Shown here piece after piece: positions 1-16,267 of a stretch of DNA of 64,000 bases (within the stretch, counting starts at the first letter, position 1; each line of letters starts with the position of its first letter). The notes under the pieces are model-generated. The model made no database searches. It saw only the letters and a program-made list of their open reading frames with translations, and was not told the origin of the DNA. A program made the position numbers and the translations under genes. The DNA comes from the human T2T-CHM13v2.0 reference genome, Homo sapiens. The stretch lies in assembly GCF_009914755.1 (NCBI RefSeq), contig NC_060938.1; one strand, given 5' to 3'.

Positions 1-174
1 GTAAAAAGAAGTTCATTCAACTTGACGTTAATTCTCTAGGGAAAATATTGCTATATCCCACTTTTAAAATTGCACTTTAGTTGAATTACTAGACTTAAGA
101 ACATTAATTAGAGTTGGTATTTAAACACTCACAAAACCTACAAATATGTCATATAAGTTACCACATCTATATAC

Positions 175-300
175 CTTCATCATTGCACTCCTGGCAACAT
201 TTGTCACTCCAGGACGTTCAACTCCCATGTGAAACTGAAGAGGGTCTATGACAGCTGCATTACGCTTGAATAGGATGGAAGGAGCAACAAAGGAATAGCC
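175..300 (-). CDS. RPS6KA5: RPS6KA5 coding exon (likely exon 10, 126 bp): GYSFVAPSILFKRNAAVIDPLQFHMGVERPGVTNVARSAMMK
   Basis: TTTTAG|GGCTAT...ATGAAG|GTATAT. Completes hydrophobic motif FQ|GYSF (Ser376) and the inter-kinase linker. Read manually. Confidence 0.96.
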
Positions 301-633
301 CTAAAAACAAGACAAAGAAAGATAAAGAAAAACAACTTGCAGTTTTCCAGTTTAACACAGATTAGATTGTAATGACTTTTTTTCCTTAGAAAAACACTCA
401 AATATTTGTTGAGATGAGTCTAATTTTATTTTATTTGCAATCTAAAATGCAAGGTTATTTCAAATCATTTGAAAAATGCTGTTCAGAAGGATATAATGCC
501 ATCTTCTGGTAGAACTAAACCAATTCAAAAATAAAGGTAGAAAAAGACTTCTTCCCTATTCCACCCCCAAAATCAGACTCATAGATGAAATTCTCCTGGT
601 TTGCTGATGAAATTTGTTTACAAACATAACTAA

Positions 634-941
<308 letters not shown>

Positions 942-1460
942 ACAAAGTGGTCTTTAAATGCTATTGTTTTTCAAACTGGAAAAATGGCAAGTCTCACTAA
1001 AGTTAGTTTCTAATTTAGCAATTATTTGATTCTTATTAATATCTTCAGAATAATTAAATTTAAAATTGAGTTTTGGAAAGGAACAAAGTCTAATGGCAGA
1101 ATGATGCTCTGAGCTAAGTGGTACAAAGACGGATGATTAATCCGTTCAAGCTAGAACATTCACTAATCAACAAACATTTAAAAAAATGTTCAATAAGTGC
1201 CCAGTCACATACTAGACAGTGATAAGCAAAGAAGAAAAGACACCGTCTGGATGGCCAGATTAAGCCATACTAAAGGTATACTTATAGAAGTCAAAGAAGC
1301 AAAGCTCTGATGCCATTTAATAGTTAGAATATTTTATCTTGTGTGACAAATGCCCTTTTCTAAATATAAAATCTAAATCTTTTTTTAACAGCAGTTAAGA
1401 TTAATTACTGAAGGTAAAGAATAAGGTAACATTGTGAACTAAAGAATGTTTTTATATGGG

Positions 1461-2060
<600 letters not shown>

Positions 2061-2371
2061 TTTTTAAATATGAATAGAGGTAAAATAAAAGATTATTGTA
2101 TTTTCTATAAAAGAATCTGAACAAAAATAAAATTTCAGGTATAAAATTAAAACTTCCCTTATATCAAAAATAAATGCATAAACAATATCTGCTATTGAGC
2201 AAACTATAAGCTTCGGTTAACAATGTGCAATATTTCTGCATTTAATAATTTAGAGGATATTAGAGAATCCCATTTTTATGATGCCAACAAAACTACTTCA
2301 ATATGGGAAATTTAATCTTTTCTTTCAAAGGACATATGGCCAATGTGCATGTGCACAGGATGGGAAATTAC

Positions 2372-2533
2372 CTGAAACAGCTTCTCAGAACTCTGGGGCA
2401 GGGCTGCGGGAGAATAAGTGGGATCCATTTCTGTGAACTCTTCTGCAAAGTTACTCACATCTAATTCATCTCGAATGACTGGCTTAAATGGTGCAGGCAC
2501 TTTTTTGGCGGCTAAATCATCCCAATTTATTTT
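2372..2533 (-). CDS. RPS6KA5: RPS6KA5 coding exon (likely exon 9, 162 bp): KINWDDLAAKKVPAPFKPVIRDELDVSNFAEEFTEMDPTYSPAALPQSSEKLFQ
   Basis: TTTTAG|AAAATA...TTTCAG|GTAATT. AGC C-terminal tail with the YSP MAPK site (MSK1 Ser360). Confidence 0.97.
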
Positions 2534-3499
2534 CTAAAACAAAGAAAGTTGGTACAAAGTAGAAATCAATAGTCAAAATGTACTTTCTAAGAATAACAAA
2601 GATAAATTAGGATTTTGACTGGTAGGGAGAGAGGATAAAAATAAGAGAACATATTTCAAATCAATAATAAAAAACATATTTTCTCCAAACAAGATCACAG
2701 CAGTTTATAGCTCCAACCAATGCTGTGCCTCAAAGATGAGACTATCGCTGTTGAATCTCAGAGTGTCCTCTGGGGGGCACCAAGACACCCTAGTTTACCT
2801 TTAAAGACAACAGAAGAATACTTTTGTCCTGAGCCTCCTCAGAAAGGTGTTAAGCCAAAAAGAAAACAAAAAACCCAAAACAAAATAAAAAACTGAAATA
2901 AAGGGTTTCCAAAGGCTCTACAGATGTGGATATTAGCTCTAAAAGAATGTTCCTATTTTCTAGAGGCAGTGTTACTTAGCTCTCTGCCTGCACTTGCTTT
3001 TCCTCCTGGGCATCCAGACAGACTGGAAAATAAATCCACTGTAAATCAGGCATGTGCTTATGTCTAGAAGTTCAAATGATACCATCATATGGATGTGATC
3101 ACTCTTTTCTTATTCAACTGTGTTCAAGCATTTTAAACACTGCCTCTTATGTCCCCCATAGAATAATGCAAGCCCCTTTTCCCTCTAGGTCACTTACTGA
3201 GTTATATTACTGAAATCCAACCCTTTGCTCTGTTTCTTTGTGCTCCTTCTATCATTTAAAACAATCTCAGATAACACTTACTGAATTAAATCCTACAGGT
3301 CTCCTACTACCACATTTTTTCAAATCTAAGATGCCATTACTGATAGTAAGATACACAATTATTTTATGTATCATTAAGAAGAAAAAAGTATTAATCATAA
3401 GAATATAAGATGATGGCCACTGTAACATGCATACTGATTTCAGTGACAGTAAAATATGAAAATGTGTACTTCTTGGTTGATAAAATTTAGTAAGTTTAA

Positions 3500-3863
<364 letters not shown>

Positions 3864-5713
3864 CATAAAATGTTTTTTATTATGCTGTCTTGTAGATGCA
3901 ATAGAAACAAAATAATTAAATCACAGATCTTCAAATTTCTCAGCTAAAATGGAATTCAGATCATTTAGTTCATCTCCTTTATTTGATCCAGTGAAACTGA
4001 GGCCGAGAAATAAGAAATAACCTTTTCACCCAAACACCAGTTGGTGGAAGAGTCAGGATTTGAACACAGTCTCTTGACTTTCTAGTTAAGTGTTTTTTTC
4101 TCTCTGCAGCTGTAATGTTTTCCATTATAAGCACATAACTTGTGCTTGGCCATTGTATATATATTAAAATAAACTTCTAGAGGAAAGGGGTAATTTAAAG
4201 AAACATGTTGTTAGCAGGAGAATGTTTAATATGTAGAAAATGGAATGCTATTATGATCCTTTCCACCTCCGCTCCATTTATAGAGAAAAAGGCCATTTAG
4301 GCCTTTACAAGTAGAATTCTGGTCTTTCCAAAAGTGTCCCTATCATTTAAAAAGTCAAGGCAATTAAGTAATCTAAAATTACTATTCCAAGCTACTGAAA
4401 AGAGAAATTTCTCTAATATGAAAGACATCCTGCAATATTCCCAAATAGAGGGAGCAATGGAGAAAAAGATCCTAGGAAAATATGATTGGGTGTACTTTGC
4501 TCGACTTGTTTCTTAAATTTTACTGTTAACTTTTGAGATAAACTTCTGAACAAGATATTTGAAAGTTTGTTCAAAGAGTAATCCTTCCAAGCCATGTGAA
4601 TCTATGAAATGCATATAGTGAGAAGTTTCTTTTATTCTAAATGTATTTCTCATTATGTTACTGAACTTCTATAAGATGTGCAGTAGTATTATAAAAAATA
4701 ATTACATTGAGAGACTAAGAGAAATATGCCTTTTTTTGAGCACAGAAGAGCAGAGATAACTCATTTCTAATCAATATTTATTTTTATATATTTAAAAAAT
4801 AATAACAACATGAAGCTTAACTGACAGTTTTTCTTCATTTTGCTATATTATTTTCATTTGTTTTGGTGATAATAATGTAAAAGCTTAATTTACAGAATAA
4901 AAAATAAAACCTAGATGGTCCCTTTAGACCATAAATATTTAGGTCAGGCTTACTGATATGATGAAGTTATTTAAAAGTCATATCTCCAGAGTTTTAGAAA
5001 TCAAAGCCGTGGCATCCCCAGTTTGACGACTGAGGCTGGAAATAACTAGCCAACTCAGTTAATTTAAATGTTTTTTCTCAGTTGTTTAATATTTTGGTGT
5101 TTTTTTTGTACTAAACTGAGCAGATATAGTTGGTCCTCAGTAGAATGGTCTCATTAGGCTTTTTCAGAATAAGAGAAGCACTGTCACAGGACAAAGGAAA
5201 TAAATGAGTAACACTCTATGTGTCATGAATATGTAACTGAGAAATAGGTAAATTTAAAATTTTTAAAGATTACTTCTGGGAAAAGAGGAAGTGAAGAAAT
5301 CACTATCTAAAAGGTGAAACATAGTGGCAGTAATAGCTCATGAACTGAGACAGAAGTGAAAAGTACAGTAAAAGTCTCAGTCCATATGGCTAGATCTCAA
5401 GATCATAAATGGAAACCACCACCTAGAAACTCTAATGAATCAGTATGTAGAAAATTGAATGCTATTATGATCCTCCCCACTCCCACTCCATTGAGGGAGA
5501 AAAATACCATTAATGTTTATACAAGTAGAATTTTGGCCCTACTGAAAGGGTCCCTATCATTAAAAACAAAACAAAACAAAAGGTGCAATGTACGTGAAAA
5601 TGCCAGTGGAAAATGATCCCAAAGGGGACTGTGTTCACTAATTTCACCAAGAACGCCAAGGACCCTGAAAACGGCAAGGAGTATGAAACCATTTATCTAT
5701 TCAATAATTTCAC

Positions 5714-5864
5714 CTGAAAGAAGAGATGTTCTTTGATTTCATCTGCATCACGTGGACCACATCCCAATCTCTTCTTGGGATCTTTCATCAAAAGACGCTG
5801 AATTAGGTCTTTCGCTAAAGCACTCATTTCTTGGGGATATGGAGGCTCACTTTTTAATATTCTC
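5714..5864 (-). CDS. RPS6KA5: RPS6KA5 coding exon (likely exon 8, 151 bp): (R)RILKSEPPYPQEMSALAKDLIQRLLMKDPKKRLGCGPRDADEIKEHLFFQ
   Basis: CTACAG|GAGAAT...TTTCAG|GTGAAA. Kinase subdomains X-XI. Phase fits the previous exon. Confidence 0.97.
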
Positions 5865-6829
5865 CTGTAGGCAGACAAAACTTGCTGTTAAAACAAACAG
5901 GATGACAAAAAAAAAAAAAAGCATGGTGAAATACACTTTGAAACTGAACCACATGTGAAAGAGAGATATAAATACTTAACATGAATCAATAATACCTCAA
6001 TACTGTTGAAAAAATATTTAGAATGAGATACCATAAAGTCAAATTTCTGAAACTCAAAAGAGCAGTAACAAAAAATGTTGGCTCATTTTTTCAGTATAAG
6101 TCAATCCTGGTGGGAGGCTAACATCCCAAATATTTCACTAGGGGGAAAAACGGAAAAGCCTGGGGCTAGATTAGACCTCCCGTATATAGACTAGACTCTA
6201 TGATTAAAGACTTCACAACATAAAACACTCTTAACAAATTCAGGTAAGGGAATTGAGCACTCAGATTTAAAAGGACAAAAGAGAACAACCATCTTTACCT
6301 CACTCCTCTTCCCCTGAGTGCCAGCAAACCTAAGGGGCCCATAAGAATGCAGAGGGAAGTCCACCGAGACAAGTGGGGTCAGACCCACTTGGAGATGGTT
6401 CAACCCTTGATATCTAGAAATGGGCACTACAGCTGGGGATTTTCATGGGGTAAAAGTACCTGCTTCAATGTTTGCTGCTATAAAACAGCCAGACAAGCCC
6501 TATGAGGCAGATAGAGCTCAGAGATGGAGTAAAATCCACAATTTATTATGGAAAATAAAAACATAAGATGGTAATAAAGTTTCTTGATGAGAAATTTATT
6601 CTAAGGATACAGAAGAAATCAATCCAATCCAAGTGTACCTTTCTCCCTCTTAACAACCAGATCAATAATTTAGTAAGAAATATTAAAAGGATTGACTGAA
6701 ATTAAGAACCTTAACACAATATATATGAAGACAGTTACTCCATTAATTGGGTTTGCAAAAAGATTCCCTATTGTGCATTAAAATATTAATAACCATTATG
6801 GAACAACAACAGATAATTAATGTATAAGA

Positions 6830-7075
6830 GACAGTATAGTGTGGTGAGTTAGAATATAGACTTTGGAGCCAGAATGAGCCCAACGCTGGCTCTGCCTTGA
6901 CCTTGTGTGACCTTGAGATACCTAAACTCTGTACCTCAGTTTTCTCACCTGTAAAATGGGCATAACATCAGTACTTACCTAAAATAGGTATCATGATGCT
7001 TAAATAAGACCTGTAGAGTGCTTAACATAGTACCTAGCGCATAGCAAATGCTCAATCAATGTGAGCTACTGTTAT
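6830..7075 (+). mobile_element. MIR
   Basis: Core motifs TGTGTGACCTTGAG...CTCAGTTTTCTCACCTGTAAAATGGG...GCTCAAT. Confidence 0.8.
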
Positions 7076-9354
7076 ACTCCCTCATTCCAAGGCAACCATA
7101 TAGAAAATAGGCCTAGACGCTCTATCAAATAGCCACTGAGAATCAGTGAAATGATAATGAAACTGTAATTTTTTACAAAAGATTCCAGCAGTGTTGTTAA
7201 TCTCAAAGTTAATTCTACCTCTAGCACTTAATTCTGGGAACCCAAGAAAATGTTGGTAAAACAAGGAAAGAAAGGAAAGAAATAAGCAACACCCTCTCTG
7301 CTTTTTGATTCTTTAATACTCTCCCATTGCTCACTGCTTGTCTGGATTTTCGGCATTAATAGACAATCCTCTTCTCAGATCAGACACAAGCATGTCTGAG
7401 ACAGAAACTGGGAATCCTGCTTCTTGGGGAAAAATAAGCATAGCTTTTCCCATTTTCTCCACCTCTACTGTACTTTTTGCAGGAAAAAAGCTTTGCATAA
7501 AGGATCAGGGTCAAGATAAGCAAATTGTGACATTTACTTTTGTTGAATTAGGGTAGAAATATATGCACTTTGGCTGACATCATCTTAGCATACTGACTCT
7601 GCACCATCTTATTACTTCTTAAACCTTAAGAACATTTCAACTTGTATTGGAAATCTACTCAATATCAGCTGCTGGGGAAAGAACAGTCAGTCCTGCGAAG
7701 GCAGAAAGGAGAAATGTCCACCATGGTGGGTTCATCCTCAAAAGGAGGAGTACCCAAAAACAGAAATGGCTCTGCTGAGATGCCAAGTCTGGAAAGAAGA
7801 ACACAAGGAGACCACATGCAGGGAGCTAGAATTTTAAATTCAGATGAGGCAGGGACCACACTGGGAGAAATTGAGTACAAATCTGAAAGCATGTCGGCGG
7901 AAAACAGTGCTGATGAGGGAGCTTGGAGAACCACCAGTGATAGCCTAAACCCCTCCCATTCCTGAGTGAAAATCCTATGGCCAGAAGCAGCAGCAGGAGA
8001 CCCTAGCAGGTGATGAGGAGTATCTTGCCCCACCCTGTGAAAACAGAAGATATGTGGAAGGAATATCACTTAGGCTCCCTGTTGTCTTGGTAAACGGAGT
8101 GCCACGGGCTTTCCTCAGTGATGTGAGGAGGTTCTAAAGCCTATTCCTGCTAGAAAACTGCAGTGACAGGAAGAGAACCAGACACTGGGAGTGGCGTGGT
8201 GAGGAGAAAGGGCCTATAGCAGGTTACATCTTTTCTCCATAAGAAAGTGATCCCAGATGTAACTATTTCTTATACCATACCCTTGAAATGTACTGGGTTA
8301 AGATAACTGGCGTGGCAGGTGGGTCAGGTGCTGTGAAAGCTCCTCCTGGAAGTGAGCTGCATCTGGACTGAGAGGTGTGAGCAGGCATGCAGGCCCCTGG
8401 AAGCCATGCTCACAGGCTGCTACAAGGGACAGTTGCTGCTCTGAGCTTCCCATGCTGGGGTGGTCCACAAGCTCCCCCTTATTTTCATCACCAATGGTTG
8501 AGTGTGTCTTGTGTGGGCTGGGAAGCCACGCATAGGTGGTGGGAAGGTCCCCGATGAAGATGTGTTTGATGCTGTAATGTCGATACACTGTTTCCTGTCC
8601 TGCATCCTTATATAAAGCTAAATAAAACTGGTGCCAGATTCCAGTCTATTGTGACATGTGAGTGTGAACGTCAATCTGAACCCTAGACCACTGCTGCCTA
8701 TGCAGAATGGGCACTGCAGAAGTGGGGCTGAGGGTAGACGATTCTGTGGGACATTTAGTCATGACAATACTAGAGGATCCTGCAACAAGGGCAGGGAGAC
8801 ATTTCTTGGGTGTTGCTGTCACTTCTCCTCCTCCAATGTGCTTGATTTCTGAATTGGTAATATCCCAAAGTTATCTTTTTCTTGCTTAAAAATGGATCTG
8901 GGAAACTCCAGAAATGAATTACAATTAGGTAGAGCCCAAATAAATCTTAGAGCCTTCTGTAAAGTCAGAAAAAGCTCTGAGTTGATAAGCCATATTAAAC
9001 CACTCACGTGTATGTTATTTAATCCATATAATAATCCTATCAAAAGACTGCTATTTTTATCCTTCTTTCACAGATACGGAAAGACTCCTTTCAAAAAAGC
9101 AAGAAATATGAATATTAATTAAACTTACAACAAGGCCTTAGAACATGGGTGGCTTTAATATTCATTTGCAAAATATACAGCACAAGTAAGAAAATTCTAA
9201 GAAAGCAAATTGGGTTGATTGCCTAGCCACATATTACAATGTATCATGAAATGAAATTGTTAAAGTGAGGTGCTAGCAAATAAATTAATAGCCAAATCAA
9301 GTGAACATAGATGACACATTGTGAAAAATAACCAAGCTTATATAAAAACTTGAA

Positions 9355-9656
<302 letters not shown>

Positions 9657-10184
9657 TAAAAAAAAATGACCAGATCGCATAGCAAAAGGCCACAAATGTT
9701 GGGGAAACCAGCTGTACAGGAAATAAAAAAACAAAAGCAAGACCTTGCCTTATATTACAACCCAAATGAATTCCAAATGGATTGAGGAACGGCATGTAAA
9801 AAACCAAATGAAATAAAATTAAAATACACATCAGTAATATAAAAATGAATATAAAATTTCTTCCTACTCATGAATTAAGTTTCTGGAAACCTCTGTGGCA
9901 AAAGGAAATCACAAGTGTACAGAATAAAGGGTAGACACCAAAATTAAAATTAAACCTATGATGGGAGAGGTACAGATACATAGGCAGACAGGAAATAAGC
10001 AAGGATGATGAAATATTCATGGTAGAATTTAGGTAGTGAGTGTGTGAGTGTCCACTGTAACAAATGTTTGAAAACTTTTATAATAAAATGTTTTAGAAAA
10101 AGTAAACCTATGAAGCTTTGTACATGTGTTTTTGTGTGTTCACTAAAATATAACAAAGACCTGTCTCAAAAAAAAAATCACTGA

Positions 10185-10548
<364 letters not shown>

Positions 10549-12432
10549 GATGCTCTTAAACCCACTGAAGTCTTTGTTCAAGTGTCAACTTTTCAGAGAA
10601 GCTTGCTCTAACCATCCTATCAAGAATAGCCATTACCCCCATACTCCTTATCCCTTGACTCTGTTTTATTTTTCTTCATGCATACCATATGTTTATTTGT
10701 CTATTATTTATCTCTCTCAACTAAAACATAAGCTCTAATGGAGTAAGAATTCTCTTTGTTTTGTTCACTGCTTTATTTCCAGGGCCTAGAACATTGCTTA
10801 GCACATAGCAACTCCTCAACAAATATTTAGTGAATAAATAAATGTCAAATTGTTTTCTACTTACTGTATCTTGCCCACTCAGGACCTTTCTTCCTCACAG
10901 TTTCAGTGAGATGCCTGCAATAGCTCTTTTGCTTTTCTGCAGATGGCATGCATTCTCATGGGTTGTTTATTTATTTCTATTTGTCCTCCATTTAAAAGTT
11001 CACAATCTTTTCCATTTCATGACTTAACGTTCTTGACTTTCACTTCCTGGTTCCCATGTGGTCCCAGAATTATAAAATTATTTATGTGCCTGCCTGAGTT
11101 AGAAACAGCTCTCAGTAAACTTCACTTACTCTACATTTTTGTCCAACACTAGGGGAAAAGTGAAACATATTATGGTGTATCCACTCAATAGTACATTAAG
11201 CAGCCATTACAAAATTATGTTTACAGAGAGTTTTCTAATTAGAGAACAAAATGTTTACGACATAAATTTCAGCAAAAACTGAAAAATACAAAATTATATT
11301 TCTAGTATGAGTACAACATTATACAAGTAAAAAAGAATAAAACATAATATACCAAAACATTAATAGTATATGTCTCTGCGTGTTATTATTGACTCTTTAC
11401 CCCATATGCGTATCTTAAACTATAATGAACATGACATTTAGAGTGGGAACAATAAAATGAGTTTCGCTTACAAGATCACGAACCCAATGGCAGGAGTACA
11501 CAGAGTGGCAAGGAGGCAATGGAGTCCTGAACCTCCCATGTGCCACTGGGGGTACTTCCCCACCATCTTTTCTCTTCTACCCAACCCAGTCCGCATCTCC
11601 ATCATGAATGCTTCCCTGACAGCCCACCCCCAGGGAACCAAACCTCCTTTGTCCTCCCCCAGCATTCTTCTTACCTAAAAGCACTCAGACATTTGTCAAA
11701 ACTCCCTGATACTATGAATTTTCATGTATTTATTCCATATCCTCCCAAATGCTATATAAATAAATGTTCTTAGGACAAGGACTTTACCCTCTATTTCTCT
11801 TTCTCCTTAGGAGTAAAGAATTATTCAACAAATAGTCCACTGATTAATGAAATCAATTCCCTGCAGTCCGTGGGCCAGTACTTCCCAGTCTTTTACCTGA
11901 AATAAGCACCTGCCAGACTTGGAAAGAAAACAGCAGCATGGAAACAAGTGATACCCGTGAAGACAGCATGGAGTAACTTTCCAGTAACTCTGTATTTGAT
12001 CCCAGTCCAACCTCACAGTAGCATTGAGTCCCAGGCAAGTCACATCCTAGTTTCTTCATCTGTAAAACTGCATATGCTACCACTTATTTTTCAGGGTTCT
12101 GAGGATTCCAGAATACAATGTGGGTGACTTCTCAGCACAGAGGCTGGCACACAGCGGTCCCCAGGTGAACGGTGCTGTTGATGTCACTCTATAGTAGTCT
12201 GTCTTCCTTTAGCTATGAGACAGGCTGTCACTTCACTTTTGGTGTTACTGAGTTCTTCCTTGATCCACTTAACCTGTGTTTCCCTAGGCCACACCAGCCA
12301 GGTCATTAATAATAATAAATTGAGATTATTTGGCTGGTATCCTTATCTGCTTCTGTGGAATCTGTGACTGCACTCAAAAGTCTCACCCACCCAGTAACTC
12401 TTGGAGTCGTCCCCAGGGCATGTCTTATGTAA

Positions 12433-12778
<346 letters not shown>

Positions 12779-13874
12779 ACATGAAGCATCTTATTTCCCT
12801 CTTCTGCCCAGTACACTAACCAGGTCTCCTACTACACTGCTGGGAAGCCATCTGAGAGGTGCACACTCCGGCCATTGCTTCTGGGACTGAAGGAAAAAAC
12901 TTGTTTCTTTTACAAAGTTAGGGGAACCAAAGATGAATGCATGATACTGCAAAGATTTTGCTGAAAAGAGCTTTCTTTTTAATTTATAGCATCTTCTATC
13001 TAAAAGTGATAGATATTGCCAAAAATTGCCCTTCCTCTCAATGGCTAAGGCTTCCTTAGTGAACCAAACTGGTCTGCTGGAGGTCCTCACCGCTCTTGTA
13101 CAGTTAGATTGTTGGTGGAGCTACTAGACTGGCTTGTTAGACGTGCCTGGAAGTGTCTTAAATAAGATTTAAAAGTTACTTAGTATGACTTTTATCGCCA
13201 GACCTCTTCCTGTCTCTCTTCCTTTGTACACTTTTTTTTCTGTAGCCCACACAATGCTGTTAAACCTTTACTTCTCCAATCATTCCATGATGGCCCTTAG
13301 ACTACCTTTCCCTAACAGGGGGAAGATGATAGTGATGGAAGAGAGTGGTAAACTCAGACCTTGGGGGTTCCTTGGAGCCAAGTGGCTGCATGTGACAATA
13401 AAACTAAGACACTCAGAAGCAGACTTCAATGCAAGGAATTCCAAAGAGAAAGCTAAACTGAAAAGAGCTAGAGGCAGAGAGCAGCAGTCAGACTATAGAG
13501 ACAAGATTATCACCCAAAATGATGAGACCTTCTTTGGGAGGCCATGGAGAACCATGAGTACATGAGAAACAGCAGGTGATCCAGAGACCAAAATGTGTGA
13601 CAGAGTCGTGAACACAGAAAACTACCTTCTTCCTTTCACGGCCCTTTCCAGTATGTATGAGGCTGACCTTTTAGACTCTGGGTTGACTGTAGCAGTAGAG
13701 AACTGGCTGGGGTGGTGCACAGAGGTGGCGGCAAAGAATCTACACTGCAGCATCATCAGGGAAACAACAGAGGGCCAGGTCTCCGGTGAGAGACTAAGAA
13801 GGCCTGGGAAATGATAGGCAGACTGATGATGTTTCTGATGGACCTTTTCCACAGTTGGAAGAATGATCCCTAGG

Positions 13875-14182
<308 letters not shown>

Positions 14183-14789
14183 TATCCCTAGGTTTTTATT
14201 CAGGACTCCAAATGCTCCACCCCGCTAGGGAGTGCCTCAGAGCAATTAATAACAAAGTATGATTCACCCCAACAGGTTGTAGAGTGAAGCAGTGCAAAAC
14301 AAATGAAGAAAGGAAAGAAGATGCAGAGCTGAGGAGTATAAGTGCCAAGGGAAGGGCCATGTCACCCTGTCCTCTCCTTGCCATCCCCTCCTGCTGCTGG
14401 ACTCTAGTCCGGAGCTGCTGCAATTGCCTCGTGTAGACGAATGTGTAGATGAGTAGCTACTGTGACAAACTTTAAAAAGTTTTTGGTTAACTAGTCAAAA
14501 AACCCTGGGAAACATAGATGCTCATATTGGGTACAGAAATACCCAAAATGAGGAAGAAAAGAATAAACCCCCAGCAAACTGAGAATCAAGGAGGCTTTAT
14601 AAAATATGCCAAGAAAGGATTTTATCATAAAGACCTAAGAAAGCCAAGAAAGATAATACATTTGATTTCTTCTTAAAACAGGGTAAAAAAAAAGATACTT
14701 GTAGTTACTCTATACATGACTCCAAAAGCAACATATCTCAAAATTAATTACCTAGACCAAGGGTTGGCAATCTTTTTTGTAAAGGGCTC

Positions 14790-15050
14790 ATGGTAGGCAG
14801 ACTTTGAAGATGGCCCCAATGATCACTGTATATTTGCATTCACAGCCTCTTACCTGTGGGTTGGACCTAGTGCCTTCCTTATAACCAATACTGGGTACAG
14901 AAAGATGATAGGATGTCAATTGCGTGATTAGGTTACAAGGCATCCCATCTTCCTAGTGGACTCTACTGCCTTTCCAGCTCACAGGCTCTGACAAAGAGAG
15001 TTGTCAGGTTAGAGCAGCCCACATTGCAAGGAACTGAGAGTGGCCATTGG
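14790..15050 (+). mobile_element. MLT1-type (ERVL-MaLR) LTR fragment, preceded by a short MER58-like end
   Basis: TGGTAGGCAGACTTTGAAGATGGCCCC...GCAAGGAACTGAG resembles the MLT1 5' portion (recalled consensus). Confidence 0.6.
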
Positions 15051-15093
15051 CGTAAAAGATGTTCTATACAGAAAGGCAATAAAAACTAATGGA

Positions 15094-15420
15094 AGCCAGG
15101 CGCAGTGGCTCATCCTGTAATCCCAGCACTTTGGGAGGCTGAGGCAGGCGGATCACTTGAGGTCAGGAGTTTGAGACCAGCCTGGCCAACATGGTGAAAC
15201 CCCATCTCTACTAAAAATACAAAAATTAGGTGGGCGTGGTGGCATGTGCCTGTAATCGAGCAACTGGGGAGGATGAGGCAGGAAAATCACTTTAACTTGG
15301 GAGGCAGAGGTTGCAGTGAGCCGAGATCAGGCCACTATATCCAGACTTGGTGACAGAGTGAGACTCTGTCTCAACATTAAAAAAATAAATAAATAAATAA
15401 AATAAATTTATAAAATAAAA
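15094..15420 (+). mobile_element. Alu (AluSx-like)
   Basis: Sense dimeric Alu with (AAAT)n tail. Confidence 0.9.
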
Positions 15421-16247
15421 GCTAGTGTAAGACACGTAAGAAAAGCACATGTACATGTATTTTAAAAAATAAGAAACAGACTCACAGAAAAGCTAAAAAC
15501 CAATCATTCCAATCAATAATACTGATAATTTAATATTTGCCCAAAATAGTATCAGGATATGAGAAATCTAGAAATGATTTCTAATGAATAGCTAAAAGAT
15601 TTATCCTAGATAAAACTATCCTTAAAGTAATGTCTGGAAAGAAATAATAGAATTATTCCATGTTCTTGAGCAGGCAGGACCAAAATTAACATTCAGAAAT
15701 GAGAAAATAATAATTTCAGTTTAAGAGGGGGAAAACTCTATACAACTAAAGTTGTCCATTAATGAACATGGCTTCCTTAAAAACACCTTATAGAAGCTCC
15801 ATCCTTTCCATGATGGCACAACTATCAGGGATTCTTACAGAGAAAGGGATTCTTATGTCAGGGGAAAAGCTGGACTCTAAGTTTCTTCTCATTCTAAGTT
15901 CTTAGCATATTTTGAAATTTGATATACTAGAAAAACATTTTTATTCTAGGCTACCTGTAGACAAAAATGGCGAACAGATAACTTAAATAATACATTACTT
16001 TGAACCATTTCAAACAAAAAATACGGAAAGTATGCAGAGTTCAGGGAAGATCATAATAATTAATGAATGGAAAAATTCAATGATGATAAAAAGCCTGAGC
16101 TAATTAAGACACTGGGGACAGATAATGGCACATTTATCTAAATGATACATACAAGATTTATGCCAGGAAAGATACTCAGAATGATTATTTTGAAAGGAAA
16201 ATGTAGTGTAGGATAATTTAGTTATCACATTGTTTGTAAATTTCTGT

Positions 16248-16267
16248 CACACACACACACACACACA
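16248..16267. repeat. (CA)n microsatellite
   Basis: About 10 CA units. Confidence 0.9.

Noticed and set aside
5440-5566. C/D snoRNA call (ATGATAG ... CTGA on the minus strand)
   Set aside because: The C box has two mismatches, and the paralogous copy at 4230 lacks CTGA; kept only as part of the duplication finding.
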